A stretch of DNA of 36,256 bases from Candidatus Hydrogenedentota bacterium (lineage in GTDB: Bacteria; Hydrogenedentota; Hydrogenedentia; Hydrogenedentales; SLHB01). Under the pieces are notes generated by a model. That model was not told the DNA's origin. It saw only the letters and a list, made by a program, of their open reading frames with translations, and made no database searches. A program made the translations under genes and the position numbers. This document shows, in pieces, positions 8,743 through 18,177 of the stretch (position 1 is its first letter; each line of letters begins with the position of its first letter). The DNA is taken from positions 1 through 36,256 of the forward strand of contig JAWXCN010000129.1 of the NCBI GenBank assembly GCA_034408725.1, given 5' to 3'.

Positions 8743-10485
8743 GTGTCAACGCACCGCGGCAGTTTGCTCGGTGAAATACTCGTCCACCTGGGCCATGTTC
8801 ACGCCGATCAAGTTCAGGAAGGTCTTGATCTGCAAAAAATCAGGCAAAAGCGGACGCGTATCGGCGAGCTGCTGATGGACGTAGGTTACGTGGAAGAAGA
8901 CCATGTGCTCGAGGCGCTGAGCGAGCAGTTCGACATTCCGTTCGAGCGCGCCATCCGCCCGGAGATGGACGCATCGCTCACGACAAAGGTCCCGATCAAT
9001 TTCATTCGCGAATACCGCATGGTCCCGTTTAAGCAAAACGGAAGCGGGTTCCACGTCGCGATCAACGATCCGATGAATTTGCAGCCTCTCGACGATTTGC
9101 GCATGTTATTGGGTGGCGCGGTTGAACCGGTGCTCTGCCGGGCCGATGAAATTCAAAACGTAATCGACACGTATTTCGATCAGCAGGGCGAAAACGCTCG
9201 AGACATGATCGACAACATTGTCCTCAGCAGCGACGACGACGGCGAAATCCAGACGCTGGACAACATGGATTCCGACCGGGACCTGCTGGATCTTGCGAAC
9301 GAAGCGCCGATTATCAAGCTCATCAACCTGCTCATTTCGGGAGCGGTCAAAGAGCGCGCATCGGACATTCACATCGAACCGTTCGAGCGCGAAGTCCGCG
9401 TGCGCTACCGCATTGACGGCGTGCTGTATGAAAAGCTCATGGTTCCGAAATCGCAGCAAGCCGCCATCATCTCGCGCATCAAGATCATGGCCAACATGAA
9501 CATCGCCGAGCACCGGTTGCCCCAGGATGGCCGCATCAAAATCCGGCTGAGCGGCAAGGAAATCGACATTCGCGTGTCGGTGATTCCCATCGCCTTCGGT
9601 GAACGGGTCGTCATGCGTATTCTCGAAAAGGGCACGTTCTTGTACGGCCTGGAAGAACTTGGCCTCGAATCACACGATTTCAAGGCGTTCGACAAACTTA
9701 TTCAGAGCTCGCATGGAATCGTGCTAGTCACCGGCCCGACCGGGTCCGGCAAATCCACGACCCTGTATGCGGGACTTCAACGTGTAAGCTCTCCCGAGTT
9801 GAACATCATTACGGTCGAGGACCCGATCGAATATCAAATGGCAGGCATCAGCCAGATTCAGGTGAAACCGAAAATCGGTCTCACGTTCGCGGCGGGCTTG
9901 CGCAGCATTCTGCGGCAGGACCCCGACGTGATTCTCGTGGGCGAAATTCGGGATCTCGAGACGGCCGACATGGCGATCCAGGCATCGCTGACGGGGCACC
10001 TGGTATTTTCGACCTTGCATACGAACGACAGCGCCGGCGCGATTACGCGATTGGTGAACATGGGGATCGAACCCTTCCTGGTAAGTTCGTCGACGCTTGC
10101 GATACTCGCGCAACGCCTCGTGCGAAACATTTGCAAGCATTGCCGCGAAGAATATGAACCCGAACTCGAGAGCCTGCTCGAACTCGGCCTCACGCAGGAG
10201 CAGGCCAAGGGCAAAACGGCGTTTCGCGGGCTGGGCTGCGTCAAATGCCAGGACCGCGGCTACTACGGCCGGACGGGTATTTTCGAGTTGCTCGTCATGA
10301 CGCCCCAGGTGCAAGACCTTACGCTGCGCGGCGTCGATTCCAATGTTATCAAGCGCGAAGCGAAGAAGGCGGGCATGCGCACCCTGCGCGAAGACGGCGC
10401 GGCGAAAGTGTTCAAGGGCGTATCAACGATCGAGGAAGTCATGCGAGTTACGCGCGACGACATCCTGATCGAAGTCACGGACTAA
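8743..10485 (+). CDS. gspE: Type II secretion ATPase GspE with MshEN-like N-terminal domain
   Basis: ASDIHIEP, RLPQDGR, Walker [53 protein letters not shown] zinc motif; lies between gspD and gspF. Confidence 0.95.
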   Translation: MSTHRGSLLGEILVHLGHVHADQVQEGLDLQKIRQKRTRIGELLMDVGYVEEDHVLEALSEQFDIPFERAIRPEMDASLTTKVPINFIREYRMVPFKQNGSGFHVAINDPMNLQPLDDLRMLLGGAVEPVLCRADEIQNVIDTYFDQQGENARDMIDNIVLSSDDDGEIQTLDNMDSDRDLLDLANEAPIIKLINLLISGAVKERASDIHIEPFEREVRVRYRIDGVLYEKLMVPKSQQAAIISRIKIMANMNIAEHRLPQDGRIKIRLSGKEIDIRVSVIPIAFGERVVMRILEKGTFLYGLEELGLESHDFKAFDKLIQSSHGIVLVTGPTGSGKSTTLYAGLQRVSSPELNIITVEDPIEYQMAGISQIQVKPKIGLTFAAGLRSILRQDPDVILVGEIRDLETADMAIQASLTGHLVFSTLHTNDSAGAITRLVNMGIEPFLVSSSTLAILAQRLVRNICKHCREEYEPELESLLELGLTQEQAKGKTAFRGLGCVKCQDRGYYGRTGIFELLVMTPQVQDLTLRGVDSNVIKREAKKAGMRTLREDGAAKVFKGVSTIEEVMRVTRDDILIEVTD

Positions 10486-10489
10486 TTTC

Positions 10490-11713
10490 GTGGGCGTGTT
10501 CGAATACGAAGCGATGGCGAAATCCGGCAAGTCCGTGCGCGGCATGATCGACGCGGAGACGCCCGCGGTCGCGCGCCGGAAACTGCGCGAGCAGGAACTT
10601 TATCCGACCAAGGTCACGGAATCGAACGCGAAAGCTGGCGCCGGCAAGGCCAGCACGGAAGAGCGCGGCGGGTTTGTTGGCCGCGTTTCGCAGCGGGACA
10701 TCGCGTTGATGACGAGGCAACTTGCCGTGCTGCTTCAGGCAGGCATGCCGCTCGTGGAATCGCTCGGCGCGCTCATGGAACAGACAGCTAATGCCCGGCT
10801 GCGGAAGACGATATTCGCGGTGCGCGACAAGGTCAACGAAGGCGTTACGCTGGCCGATGCGTTGTCTGGCCACAAACGCATCTTTTCCGAGTTGTACATC
10901 AACATGGTCCGGGCGGGCGAACACAGCGGCGCGCTTGAATCCGTGTTGATGCGGCTAGCCGATATTACGGAGCGCTACGTCCGGCTTAAAAACCGGGTCA
11001 CGTCCATGCTGGCGTATCCCATTTTGATGGGCCTCGTCGCCGTCGGCATTGTCACATTTATGATGACGTTTATAGTTCCGCGCATCGTGCAGGTGTTCGA
11101 CAAGCAGGAGCGCGAACTGCCGTTCATTACAAACGTGATGATCGAGACAAGCACATTCATCCGGCAATGGTGGTTTGCCATCATCGCGGTCATTATTGCG
11201 TTATTCGTTATATGGCGGTTCTGGGTGGCGCGCCCGGAAGGGCGGCTGCGCTGGGACCGGTTCAAGATGCGACTGCCGCTGTTTGGACCGTTGTATGTGA
11301 AAATGTTTAGCACACGGTTCGCGCGCACGCTTGGCACGATGCTGCAAAGCGGGCTTACCATGATGACCGCGCTCGACGTGGTAAAATCGGTGCTTCAGAA
11401 CAAAGTCGTGGAAGCGGCGATGGACGAGGTAAAAGCCGGCGTCCGGCGCGGACGCGACCTGACAGTCCCATTGCGCGAGACCGGGCTGTTCCCGCCAATG
11501 TTGTTGCACATGGTCGAACTGGGCCAGCGCAGCGGCGAAATCGAAAACATGTTGATAAAAGTCGCAGACACTTACGACGAAGATATCGAAGTCACGGTGA
11601 ACGGCATTGTCAGTCTGCTGGAACCGCTCATGATTCTCGTCATGGGCGTATTTGTAGGGTTTCTGGTCATGTCGCTGCTATTGCCCATCTTCGATATCAG
11701 TTCGGGCATGTAG
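10490..11713 (+). CDS. gspF: Type II secretion inner-membrane platform protein GspF
   Basis: TRQLAVLLQAGMPL, YINMVRAGEHSGAL, RFARTLGTML, LLEPLMILVMG; three TM segments. Confidence 0.95.
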   Translation: MGVFEYEAMAKSGKSVRGMIDAETPAVARRKLREQELYPTKVTESNAKAGAGKASTEERGGFVGRVSQRDIALMTRQLAVLLQAGMPLVESLGALMEQTANARLRKTIFAVRDKVNEGVTLADALSGHKRIFSELYINMVRAGEHSGALESVLMRLADITERYVRLKNRVTSMLAYPILMGLVAVGIVTFMMTFIVPRIVQVFDKQERELPFITNVMIETSTFIRQWWFAIIAVIIALFVIWRFWVARPEGRLRWDRFKMRLPLFGPLYVKMFSTRFARTLGTMLQSGLTMMTALDVVKSVLQNKVVEAAMDEVKAGVRRGRDLTVPLRETGLFPPMLLHMVELGQRSGEIENMLIKVADTYDEDIEVTVNGIVSLLEPLMILVMGVFVGFLVMSLLLPIFDISSGM

Positions 11714-11731
11714 AAAGAGGAGATACATTTT

Positions 11732-12178
11732 ATGCGCGCACCACGAAAAATTTCACGCCGCCACCGGAAGGACGCCGGCTTCACCCTCATCGAGCTGATG
11801 GTCGTAATCGTCATCATCGGCATGCTGGCGGCCATTGTCGTGCCGCGGTTCATGGGGGCGGCTGATAAAGCGGCCATCACATCGGCCAAAGCGCAGATCA
11901 GTTCGTTCAAGACGGCCCTGCAACTGTACAAGCTCGATAACGGAACTTATCCCAAGACCGGCGAAGGGCTTGATGCGTTGCTCAAGAACGAAAGGGGCAA
12001 GCAGTATCTCGAACAGGACGCGATCCCGAAAGACCCCTGGGGCAATGCGTACCAATACACATGCCCCGGACAGAATGGACGGGACTTCGACATTGTCTCG
12101 CTTGGCGCCGACGGATCGGCCGGCGGTGAAGACGGGAACATGGACATTCAAAGTTGGAACTTGCAGGCGTCAAGCTAA
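11732..12178 (+). CDS. gspG: Major pseudopilin GspG
   Basis: RBS GAGGAG; G|FTLIELMVVIVIIGMLA; ALQLYKLDNGTYP, PKDPWGNAYQY, SLGADGSAGGEDGNMDI. Confidence 0.95.
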   Translation: MRAPRKISRRHRKDAGFTLIELMVVIVIIGMLAAIVVPRFMGAADKAAITSAKAQISSFKTALQLYKLDNGTYPKTGEGLDALLKNERGKQYLEQDAIPKDPWGNAYQYTCPGQNGRDFDIVSLGADGSAGGEDGNMDIQSWNLQASS

Positions 12179-12194
12179 CGACGCCCGGTGATGC

Positions 12195-13076
12195 ATGCGC
12201 TTGTTAGTCTTTATCCTCGATGGGCATGGAACGCGCACACGGCGCGCGCGGCAGGGTGAGGTCTGCCTTTCGCGCAACGCGCGGGATGGATATACGCTCC
12301 TCGAATTGATGTTCGTCGTGTTCGTGATTGCGCTCGTGCTCGCCGTCGCGATGCCACAATTGATGCCCGCGTTTCTGTTTTCGCAACATGAAGGCGCCGC
12401 GCGCCGGCTCGCGAACTACGGGCGGTCCGCTGTCGCTTACAGCGCAATGAACCGCGAACCGATCACCGTCCGGTTCGATCTCGCCAATGGCGAATACTGG
12501 TGTCTTCGCTGGAACCCCGAAGACCTTGGCGCCGACGACGGCAGTGTGACGGGCGATTTTTTCGGGGACGATGACGACGAAAAGGCGCGCACGACGGGCA
12601 AAGAGGCCGAGATGGATATTCACGAACTGATGGCAATCGGCACGCCGGAGGAGATTGAACAACAGTCTATCGAAGTCATGCACGAACTCGAGCTCGCGTT
12701 TCGCCGTTCGCTCGAAACCCAGGCCAAAAACGTGCCGCGCGACTCGATACTCGGAGAGTTCGACCCTCTGTTCGAGGCAAAGTTTTCGCTCGAAACCGAT
12801 GATGAACAGGAGCGAGAAGAGATCAGCGATTCCCTGCTGGATCACGGGCGAATTCCAGAAGATATTCGCCTGGAATCAATCCTTCTCGCCGGTGAGGAAA
12901 TTTACGAGGGGATTGTGGATGTCGAAGTGACGCCGTTGGGCTTGAACCAGTCGGTTTCGTTTTTCATCAAAGGGCCGCGGGAACAATACTACACGGTCGT
13001 TTGGGACCCGATTACGGGTGGCGCGCACCTCACGCAAGGAAAGGAGGCGCAGAATGCACTCATGTCCGCGCCATAA
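12195..13076 (+). CDS. gspH: Minor pseudopilin, GspH-like, with acidic insertion
   Basis: G|YTLLELMFVVFVIALVLAVAMP prepilin motif, AARRLANYGRSA helix, C-terminal VVWDPITG; follows gspG. Confidence 0.75.
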   Translation: MRLLVFILDGHGTRTRRARQGEVCLSRNARDGYTLLELMFVVFVIALVLAVAMPQLMPAFLFSQHEGAARRLANYGRSAVAYSAMNREPITVRFDLANGEYWCLRWNPEDLGADDGSVTGDFFGDDDDEKARTTGKEAEMDIHELMAIGTPEEIEQQSIEVMHELELAFRRSLETQAKNVPRDSILGEFDPLFEAKFSLETDDEQEREEISDSLLDHGRIPEDIRLESILLAGEEIYEGIVDVEVTPLGLNQSVSFFIKGPREQYYTVVWDPITGGAHLTQGKEAQNALMSAP

Positions 13077-13569
13077 TCCTGCGCGCGCGCGTGGTTCCGA
13101 GGCGGGTTTCACGCTGATCGAAATTATGATTGCTCTCGCGATTCTTGGATCGTCGCTCTTCATTCTGCTCGAGATGCACTACAACGCGGTGAACGCGCAG
13201 GACCGGCTCAACGGAGAAATCAGCGTTCGCAATCTCCTGTCGCAGGCCGTGGGTATTGCGGAAGTCGAGATCGCAATGGGCACGCTAAAAGATGCGCAGG
13301 ATTTCGGAGATCGTTTTCCCGGTTGGCGGTATACCTTCGACGCCGAACAGGTTGACGCGACATCGTCCACAACGAGTTCGACGGCGGTCTCCGCGTATCC
13401 CGGCCTGCACGACGTTCTGGTAACGGTTGAGGGCCCGGAGGGCGCGGTTCATGAATTGCACTTCTATACCGTCGTGCGCATGACACCCGATGGCGAAGTG
13501 GCGGGAGAAGAAGCGGCTGAAGGCGGCGAACAGCCGGAAGCGCTCAGCCCCGAGGCGGGCGCGCAATGA
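13054..13569 (+). CDS. gspI: Minor pseudopilin, GspI-like
   Basis: RBS AAGGAGG 13041-13047 before ATG 13054; G|FTLIEIMIALAIL; FPGWRY and HDVLVTV strands. Confidence 0.8.
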   Translation: MHSCPRHNPARARGSEAGFTLIEIMIALAILGSSLFILLEMHYNAVNAQDRLNGEISVRNLLSQAVGIAEVEIAMGTLKDAQDFGDRFPGWRYTFDAEQVDATSSTTSSTAVSAYPGLHDVLVTVEGPEGAVHELHFYTVVRMTPDGEVAGEEAAEGGEQPEALSPEAGAQ

Positions 13570-14606
13570 CGCGCCGCGGCTTTACCTTGCTCGAAGTATT
13601 GATCGCCATCTCGATTCTCGTGGTGCTGGTCGCGGTCGTATACGCGACGTTCGCAAGTGTGACCGACAGCATGTCGGTTTCGCGCGTGCGCACGGAAGAA
13701 ATGCGGTTGCGCCAATTTCTCGAACGCAGTTTCCGGTCGAACTTGTCCTCGGTGTATGTTGACGGCTCGTACGAGCAAGAGGCGTTTCAGTTCATCGGGT
13801 TGAACGACGAAAACACCGAGGGGCCGCGCGATTCACTCCGTTTTGTAAGCACGAACGCGCTCATGGGCGGCATGGCGTTGCCTGGTGATTTCAAGGAGGT
13901 GCGGTACGAGGTCCTCGGCGGGGAAGAAGGCCGGCTTGGCGAAGATTTTCAAATAGAAGATGAACCACGCCTGGAAGAAGTGGATTTGATGCCGGATCAG
14001 GCGAAGCTGGAAGCCACCGAGACGCCCGTCATGGCGTCCAACGCGCAGGCGGTGGATGAAACGGGCAATCTCGATACTTCGCAGGACCTGACGCAGAATC
14101 CCGAACAGACGATGTACGAGGCCCCTTCGTGGTCGGTGCCTATCCGGACGCTTGATTTTTTGTATTGGGACGGCCAGGAATGGATCGAAGAATGGGACTC
14201 GCAATCCCAGGGCCGTCTTCCCTGGTGCGTTCACGTGCGCATCAACTTCGCGCGCACTGACGAAGAAATTCAACGCGAGCGCGAAGAGAATATCGATATC
14301 GAAGAGAACCCGGATTTTGAATGCGTGATCTCCATTCCCATTGCGATGGGCCTTCAACAGGACGGAAGATCGCGGTCGCAGCTTGAAGACGCCGCCGACG
14401 ACGCGGAAGACGCGGCGGAAAACACCGATGGCGCCCAGGACAATTCTTCCGGCGATGATGATGAGGAGAAGCCGAACGCTTCCGGCACAAACAGGCAGCA
14501 GCCCAATCCTCGCGGAGGGCTACTCGGGGGAAACAGCCGGGGCAGTGGCAGGCCCTTTAGCGGGAACCGAAGCCAACTCGGTCCGAGCTCGGGTGGACGC
14601 CGGTGA
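13566..14606 (+). CDS. gspJ: Minor pseudopilin, GspJ-like, with disordered C-terminal tail
   Basis: ATGA overlap with gspI; G|FTLLEVLIAISIL; EVRYEV, FLYWDGQEWIEEWDS..LPWCVHVRI. Confidence 0.85.
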   Translation: MTRRGFTLLEVLIAISILVVLVAVVYATFASVTDSMSVSRVRTEEMRLRQFLERSFRSNLSSVYVDGSYEQEAFQFIGLNDENTEGPRDSLRFVSTNALMGGMALPGDFKEVRYEVLGGEEGRLGEDFQIEDEPRLEEVDLMPDQAKLEATETPVMASNAQAVDETGNLDTSQDLTQNPEQTMYEAPSWSVPIRTLDFLYWDGQEWIEEWDSQSQGRLPWCVHVRINFARTDEEIQREREENIDIEENPDFECVISIPIAMGLQQDGRSRSQLEDAADDAEDAAENTDGAQDNSSGDDDEEKPNASGTNRQQPNPRGGLLGGNSRGSGRPFSGNRSQLGPSSGGRR

Positions 14607-15706
14607 TACGGCCAATGCGCATGCCAGCCAATCGCAAAAAAAACGATGAAGGTGTTGCGCTGTTGCTGGCGTTGCTTTTTGTCGCGCTTTTGACGGTAAT
14701 TATCGTTGAGTACACCTACGAAACGCAGGTGGACATTGCGTTGGTCGATGCGAATCTCTCCGATTACCAGGCTTTGATTGCGGCAAAATCCGCGGTTGCG
14801 TCGGGCGTGTCACTGTTGACCGCGGATTTGATGACGCCGACCGGCGCCGAAACCGGCGAAGACGCCGAAGCCGTCCAACCTGCGACCGCGGACGCGCCGG
14901 AAGGCGCAACGGCCGGTGGCGCGGCGTACGATAGCCTGGATGAAGTCTGGGCCTATGGCGTGCCGTTTGAAAAAATCAACAACGCGATCATGCAGTGTTC
15001 GATTGATGACGAGTACGGCAAGCTGAATCTGAATGCGCTTATCAGCTCGCGGACGCAAGAACCGAATCAAACCCTTGAACAGGCCCTGCGATTTCTATTC
15101 GAGCAACGCGGCGCACAGGAAGACCCGACTGACGCGATCCTCGATTGGATCGACGGCGACGACGATCCACGTCCGAACGGCGCGGAAGCGGATTATTATC
15201 AGTCGCTCACAACGGCGTATCCGTGTAAAAACGCGCCGATGAATTCCGTCGAGGAACTTTTACTCGTCCGCGGCATGACGCCCGAGTTATTCTTTGGCGC
15301 GCCACAACAGGAACAGGAGCAATTGCCATTGCCCGAACTCTTGACCGTACACGGCCATCGCAACGGCCGCTTGAATGTCAATACCGCCGAGCCGGAAATT
15401 CTGGCGGTCATCGGCGAGGCGCTGGGCATGCCCGGCCTCGCTGATCTCGCGGTCGAAGAACGTGAACGCCTTCCGTTCAGCAGCAACCAGGACCTTGTGC
15501 AACGCGGCATCCTGCCGCCACAGGAACAGGGCGAGGGACAGGGCACGCGCCGTTCCCGTCCGTTCACGGTTTCTAGCACGTCATTTCGTCTGCATGGCAA
15601 CGGCATGTGCGGCGAGGCGCGGGTTCGCGTCGAGGCATTTCTGGTGCGCGATCTAAACGGCGGCGTGGATGGCATCCGCATCGCGGATTGGAAGGAAGTT
15701 CGATGA
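14603..15706 (+). CDS. gspK: Minor pseudopilin GspK
   Basis: GTGA overlap; G|VALLLALLFV (no Glu5, typical of GspK); IDDEYGKLNLN, DAILDWIDGDD, SVEELLLVRGM, GRLNVNTA, FTVSSTSF. Confidence 0.92.
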   Translation: MIRPMRMPANRKKNDEGVALLLALLFVALLTVIIVEYTYETQVDIALVDANLSDYQALIAAKSAVASGVSLLTADLMTPTGAETGEDAEAVQPATADAPEGATAGGAAYDSLDEVWAYGVPFEKINNAIMQCSIDDEYGKLNLNALISSRTQEPNQTLEQALRFLFEQRGAQEDPTDAILDWIDGDDDPRPNGAEADYYQSLTTAYPCKNAPMNSVEELLLVRGMTPELFFGAPQQEQEQLPLPELLTVHGHRNGRLNVNTAEPEILAVIGEALGMPGLADLAVEERERLPFSSNQDLVQRGILPPQEQGEGQGTRRSRPFTVSSTSFRLHGNGMCGEARVRVEAFLVRDLNGGVDGIRIADWKEVR

Positions 15707-17244
15707 GGCTGTCATCACGCGTTGGCGCGTTTGAGATCACGGAAGAGGAAGTCCGCCTGGCAGTGGTAAGCACGGGCGGCTCCCTGCCCACGCTGTTGGA
15801 ATTCCATACGGCATCGCTAACCTACGCGAGCGATGAGGAACGTCATTCCGCCCAGGTCGACGGTATCAAACGCATCCTCGCCGCGGTCAAGGCGCGGCCC
15901 GCACTCTACGTGCTGTGTCTGAATAGCCAGACCACCGTTGTGCGGACGCTCACTGTTCCGTTTCGCGGACGGACCCGCGTTTCCGCGGCGGTCCCGGTGG
16001 AACTCGAACCGAACCTGGCGTTTTCGATAGACGATTTGATCATCGACTACAGTGTTATTCGCGAGGGTCCAGCCGAGACCGAAGTGCTTGCGGTGGCCGT
16101 GAAACAGTCCCTCATCGAGGAGCAGATTGGCCCGCTCGCCGAAGCCGGTGTTGGCATCGAAGGAGTGAATCTTGACGCCGCGGGTCTGGCGACCCTTTGG
16201 CTTGCGGGACAACGCAAGCCCACGGGCCTTCACGCTCAACTGCACGTGCGCGACGCCAGTGCGATTCTGACTATCGTTCACAATCGGTCGCTCGTCTATT
16301 TCCGCCACGTCCCGATCACGGCGGGCCGATTCCTGTCCAACGTGCCCGCGGCGTCGCGTGACACGCGCAATACGTTGCGCGCATTCGCCACGTCGTGGCA
16401 GCGCGATGAAACCGTCGTGGACATCACGGTTACCGGTATCGATCTTGACGCAGCCGCACGCGAACAGTTTGAAGATGGGCTAAGTGTGCCGGTGATATAT
16501 GGCGACCTCGCAAACCATGTGCGTGGCGCCGAAAAAGCATTCCAAAGATTCCGGGCCGTCATTGAGGCGGCGCCACTCGAAAATGCGCCTTCCGCGCTTC
16601 TTGACCACAATCGTTGGGAAGCGGCGGCTGGCGTGGCGGTTGCCGCGGCCGGTGGCGGCATAGCGTATGAACTGCGCAAAGGCCCGCTGGCCCCGGCCAA
16701 TCCGATGCGCGGGTTGAGCGGCCGTCTGGCCGGCACCGCGGTGCTCGCGCTTGTGACGCTGGCGAGCGCCGCCGGCTATTGCGCGGCGCAATACCGGAAC
16801 AACAGGGCGGAGATCGAGCACATCGGCAATCAGGTGTGGACCATCTATACCGAGACTTTTCCGGAGCACGCCTCCGAACAGAGGCCTGATGACGATACCG
16901 GCGGCACGTTATCGATGGCGATGTTGGACGAGGCCTATACAAAAGCCGTCGAGGGCGGCACACGGGTGTCGGCGGGAATGCTGACACGGCCGCCGTTCCT
17001 CGATATCCTGCATGAGCTGTCCGAAAAATTACCCAGCGACAAAGTGCTCATCACCGAGCTAAAAGTCCTCGCGAGCCGCAGCGACGAGCAGACCCTCACG
17101 ATACTTGGAGAAGTCCTCGATTCCAACGGGTTCAACGAGGCATTCGAGAACCTCAAACAGTCAACGCTCATACACGTCGAGAACGATCCCGTCCGTCAGA
17201 CGCGCGACAACAAAACCACGTTCGCCATCACGGCAACGATATAG
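15703..17244 (+). CDS. gspL: GspL-like assembly protein (PilM-like cytoplasmic domain, TM helix, PilN-like periplasmic domain)
   Basis: ATGA overlap with the gspK stop; VVRTLTVPF..VPVELEPNLAFSIDDLIIDY; TM LAGTAVLALVTLASAAGY; FLDILHELSEKLP..LTILGE; lies between gspK and gspM. Confidence 0.85.
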   Translation: MRLSSRVGAFEITEEEVRLAVVSTGGSLPTLLEFHTASLTYASDEERHSAQVDGIKRILAAVKARPALYVLCLNSQTTVVRTLTVPFRGRTRVSAAVPVELEPNLAFSIDDLIIDYSVIREGPAETEVLAVAVKQSLIEEQIGPLAEAGVGIEGVNLDAAGLATLWLAGQRKPTGLHAQLHVRDASAILTIVHNRSLVYFRHVPITAGRFLSNVPAASRDTRNTLRAFATSWQRDETVVDITVTGIDLDAAAREQFEDGLSVPVIYGDLANHVRGAEKAFQRFRAVIEAAPLENAPSALLDHNRWEAAAGVAVAAAGGGIAYELRKGPLAPANPMRGLSGRLAGTAVLALVTLASAAGYCAAQYRNNRAEIEHIGNQVWTIYTETFPEHASEQRPDDDTGGTLSMAMLDEAYTKAVEGGTRVSAGMLTRPPFLDILHELSEKLPSDKVLITELKVLASRSDEQTLTILGEVLDSNGFNEAFENLKQSTLIHVENDPVRQTRDNKTTFAITATI

Positions 17245-17255
17245 AGGAACCGCTA

Positions 17256-17771
17256 GTGGCAGCTTCAAGACTTCAACCTCGCGAGCGCAACGTGCTGATA
17301 CTTGGCGCCTTCGCCGTCGGCGCGATGGTGGTCTGGTGGGCGTTCGATGGCCCTTACCAGGCCTATTTGAACTCCGGAATCCAGCTTTCCGAAGCGCGGC
17401 AACGGCTCATGGACGCGCAAATCAAACAGGCCGAAGTGGTTAAAACGGAAAACCGCCGCAAAGAAATTCTCGCCACACTTGGACAGGGAAGTTTTGACCT
17501 TTGGAGCCAGGTCGACAAGGCGGCAAAAGACCTGAAACTTGGCGTCCGGTGCGCGATCCGGACCGGTCGCGGCATGACGGCCCAAGGTGACAACAGCACG
17601 AGTGTCGAAGTCACACTGACCAATGTTTCTAACCAGGAACTCGTCGATCTGCTTCACAGGGTCTACGACACCGGGTCTGTGGTCGTTCTGAGCCAACTCA
17701 ACCATCTTAAGCCATCGGTGGACAAAAAAGGCCTCGATTGCCGGATGACTCTTGTCGCGCCCCGGGCCTGA
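17256..17771 (+). CDS. gspM: GspM-like assembly protein
   Basis: LQPRERNVL followed by a TM helix (the typical GspM start); VEVTLTNVSNQELVDLLHRV ferredoxin-like segment. Confidence 0.85.
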   Translation: MAASRLQPRERNVLILGAFAVGAMVVWWAFDGPYQAYLNSGIQLSEARQRLMDAQIKQAEVVKTENRRKEILATLGQGSFDLWSQVDKAAKDLKLGVRCAIRTGRGMTAQGDNSTSVEVTLTNVSNQELVDLLHRVYDTGSVVVLSQLNHLKPSVDKKGLDCRMTLVAPRA

Positions 17772-17877
17772 TGCGACCCCGCTTTTAGGGGACCATCGGC
17801 GTGGGCCACCGATACCATTTGACTTTCCAACACTTCTACGGGACAATTAGGCGCAGACGGTGTGGTTTTTCAGGGTA

Positions 17878-18027
17878 GACTGTTCACGCGCTTTTCCGTC
17901 CTAACTTTGCCTGAAACAAGCAGTTGTATTATCCGCGGGGTCGAGGGGCACTGCCGGGGGGGAGAGCGCCCTTGACCATGCGTGTTTAGGAAGGGACGAC
18001 CGTCTTGAAATGGGTCTGTGGGCAGTC
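17878..18027 (+). ncRNA. Candidate structured RNA (nested rod-like fold), identity unknown
   Basis: Four nested helices found by eye: 17878-17888/18017-18027, 17897-17902/17993-17998, 17910-17918/17983-17990, 17934-17951/17966-17982. Several G-U pairs favour the + strand. Confidence 0.3.
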
Positions 18028-18038
18028 ATTTCCCGACA

Positions 18039-18099
18039 GCAACACCCGCAGTTAATTTATTGACAAAATAAGCCGTAAGCTTAGATACTGCAACACCCG
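18039..18099. repeat. Direct repeat GCAACACCCG x2 (candidate regulator-binding site)
   Basis: Exact 10-mer at 18039-18048 and 18090-18099; exact reverse complement at 2180-2189. Confidence 0.5.
18060..18089 (+). promoter_or_regulatory. Candidate sigma70 promoter P1 of the pil operon
   Basis: TTGACA (18060-18065), 18 bp, GATACT (18084-18089), in AT-rich context. Confidence 0.55.
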
Positions 18100-18114
18100 T
18101 TAGTAGTATTTACA

Positions 18115-18143
18115 TTGACTTTTGCGAATTCTACTGGTACAGT
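18115..18143 (+). promoter_or_regulatory. Candidate sigma70 promoter P2 of the pil operon
   Basis: TTGACT (18115-18120), 17 bp, TACAGT (18138-18143) with extended -10 TGn; RBS GAGGA at 18164. Confidence 0.55.
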
Positions 18144-18177
18144 TAGGGTGCTGTAAAATGGCCGAGGAAACTATGCC

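Noticed and set aside
14636-14643. A8 run at the start of gspK (also A7 near 26054, T7 near 2504, G7 near 17956) as phase-variation tracts
   Set aside because: The runs are short and the reading frames intact; no evidence of slippage.
17776-17790. CCCC-GCTTTTA-GGGG as intrinsic terminator of the gsp operon
   Set aside because: The stem is only about 4 bp and no U-tract follows.
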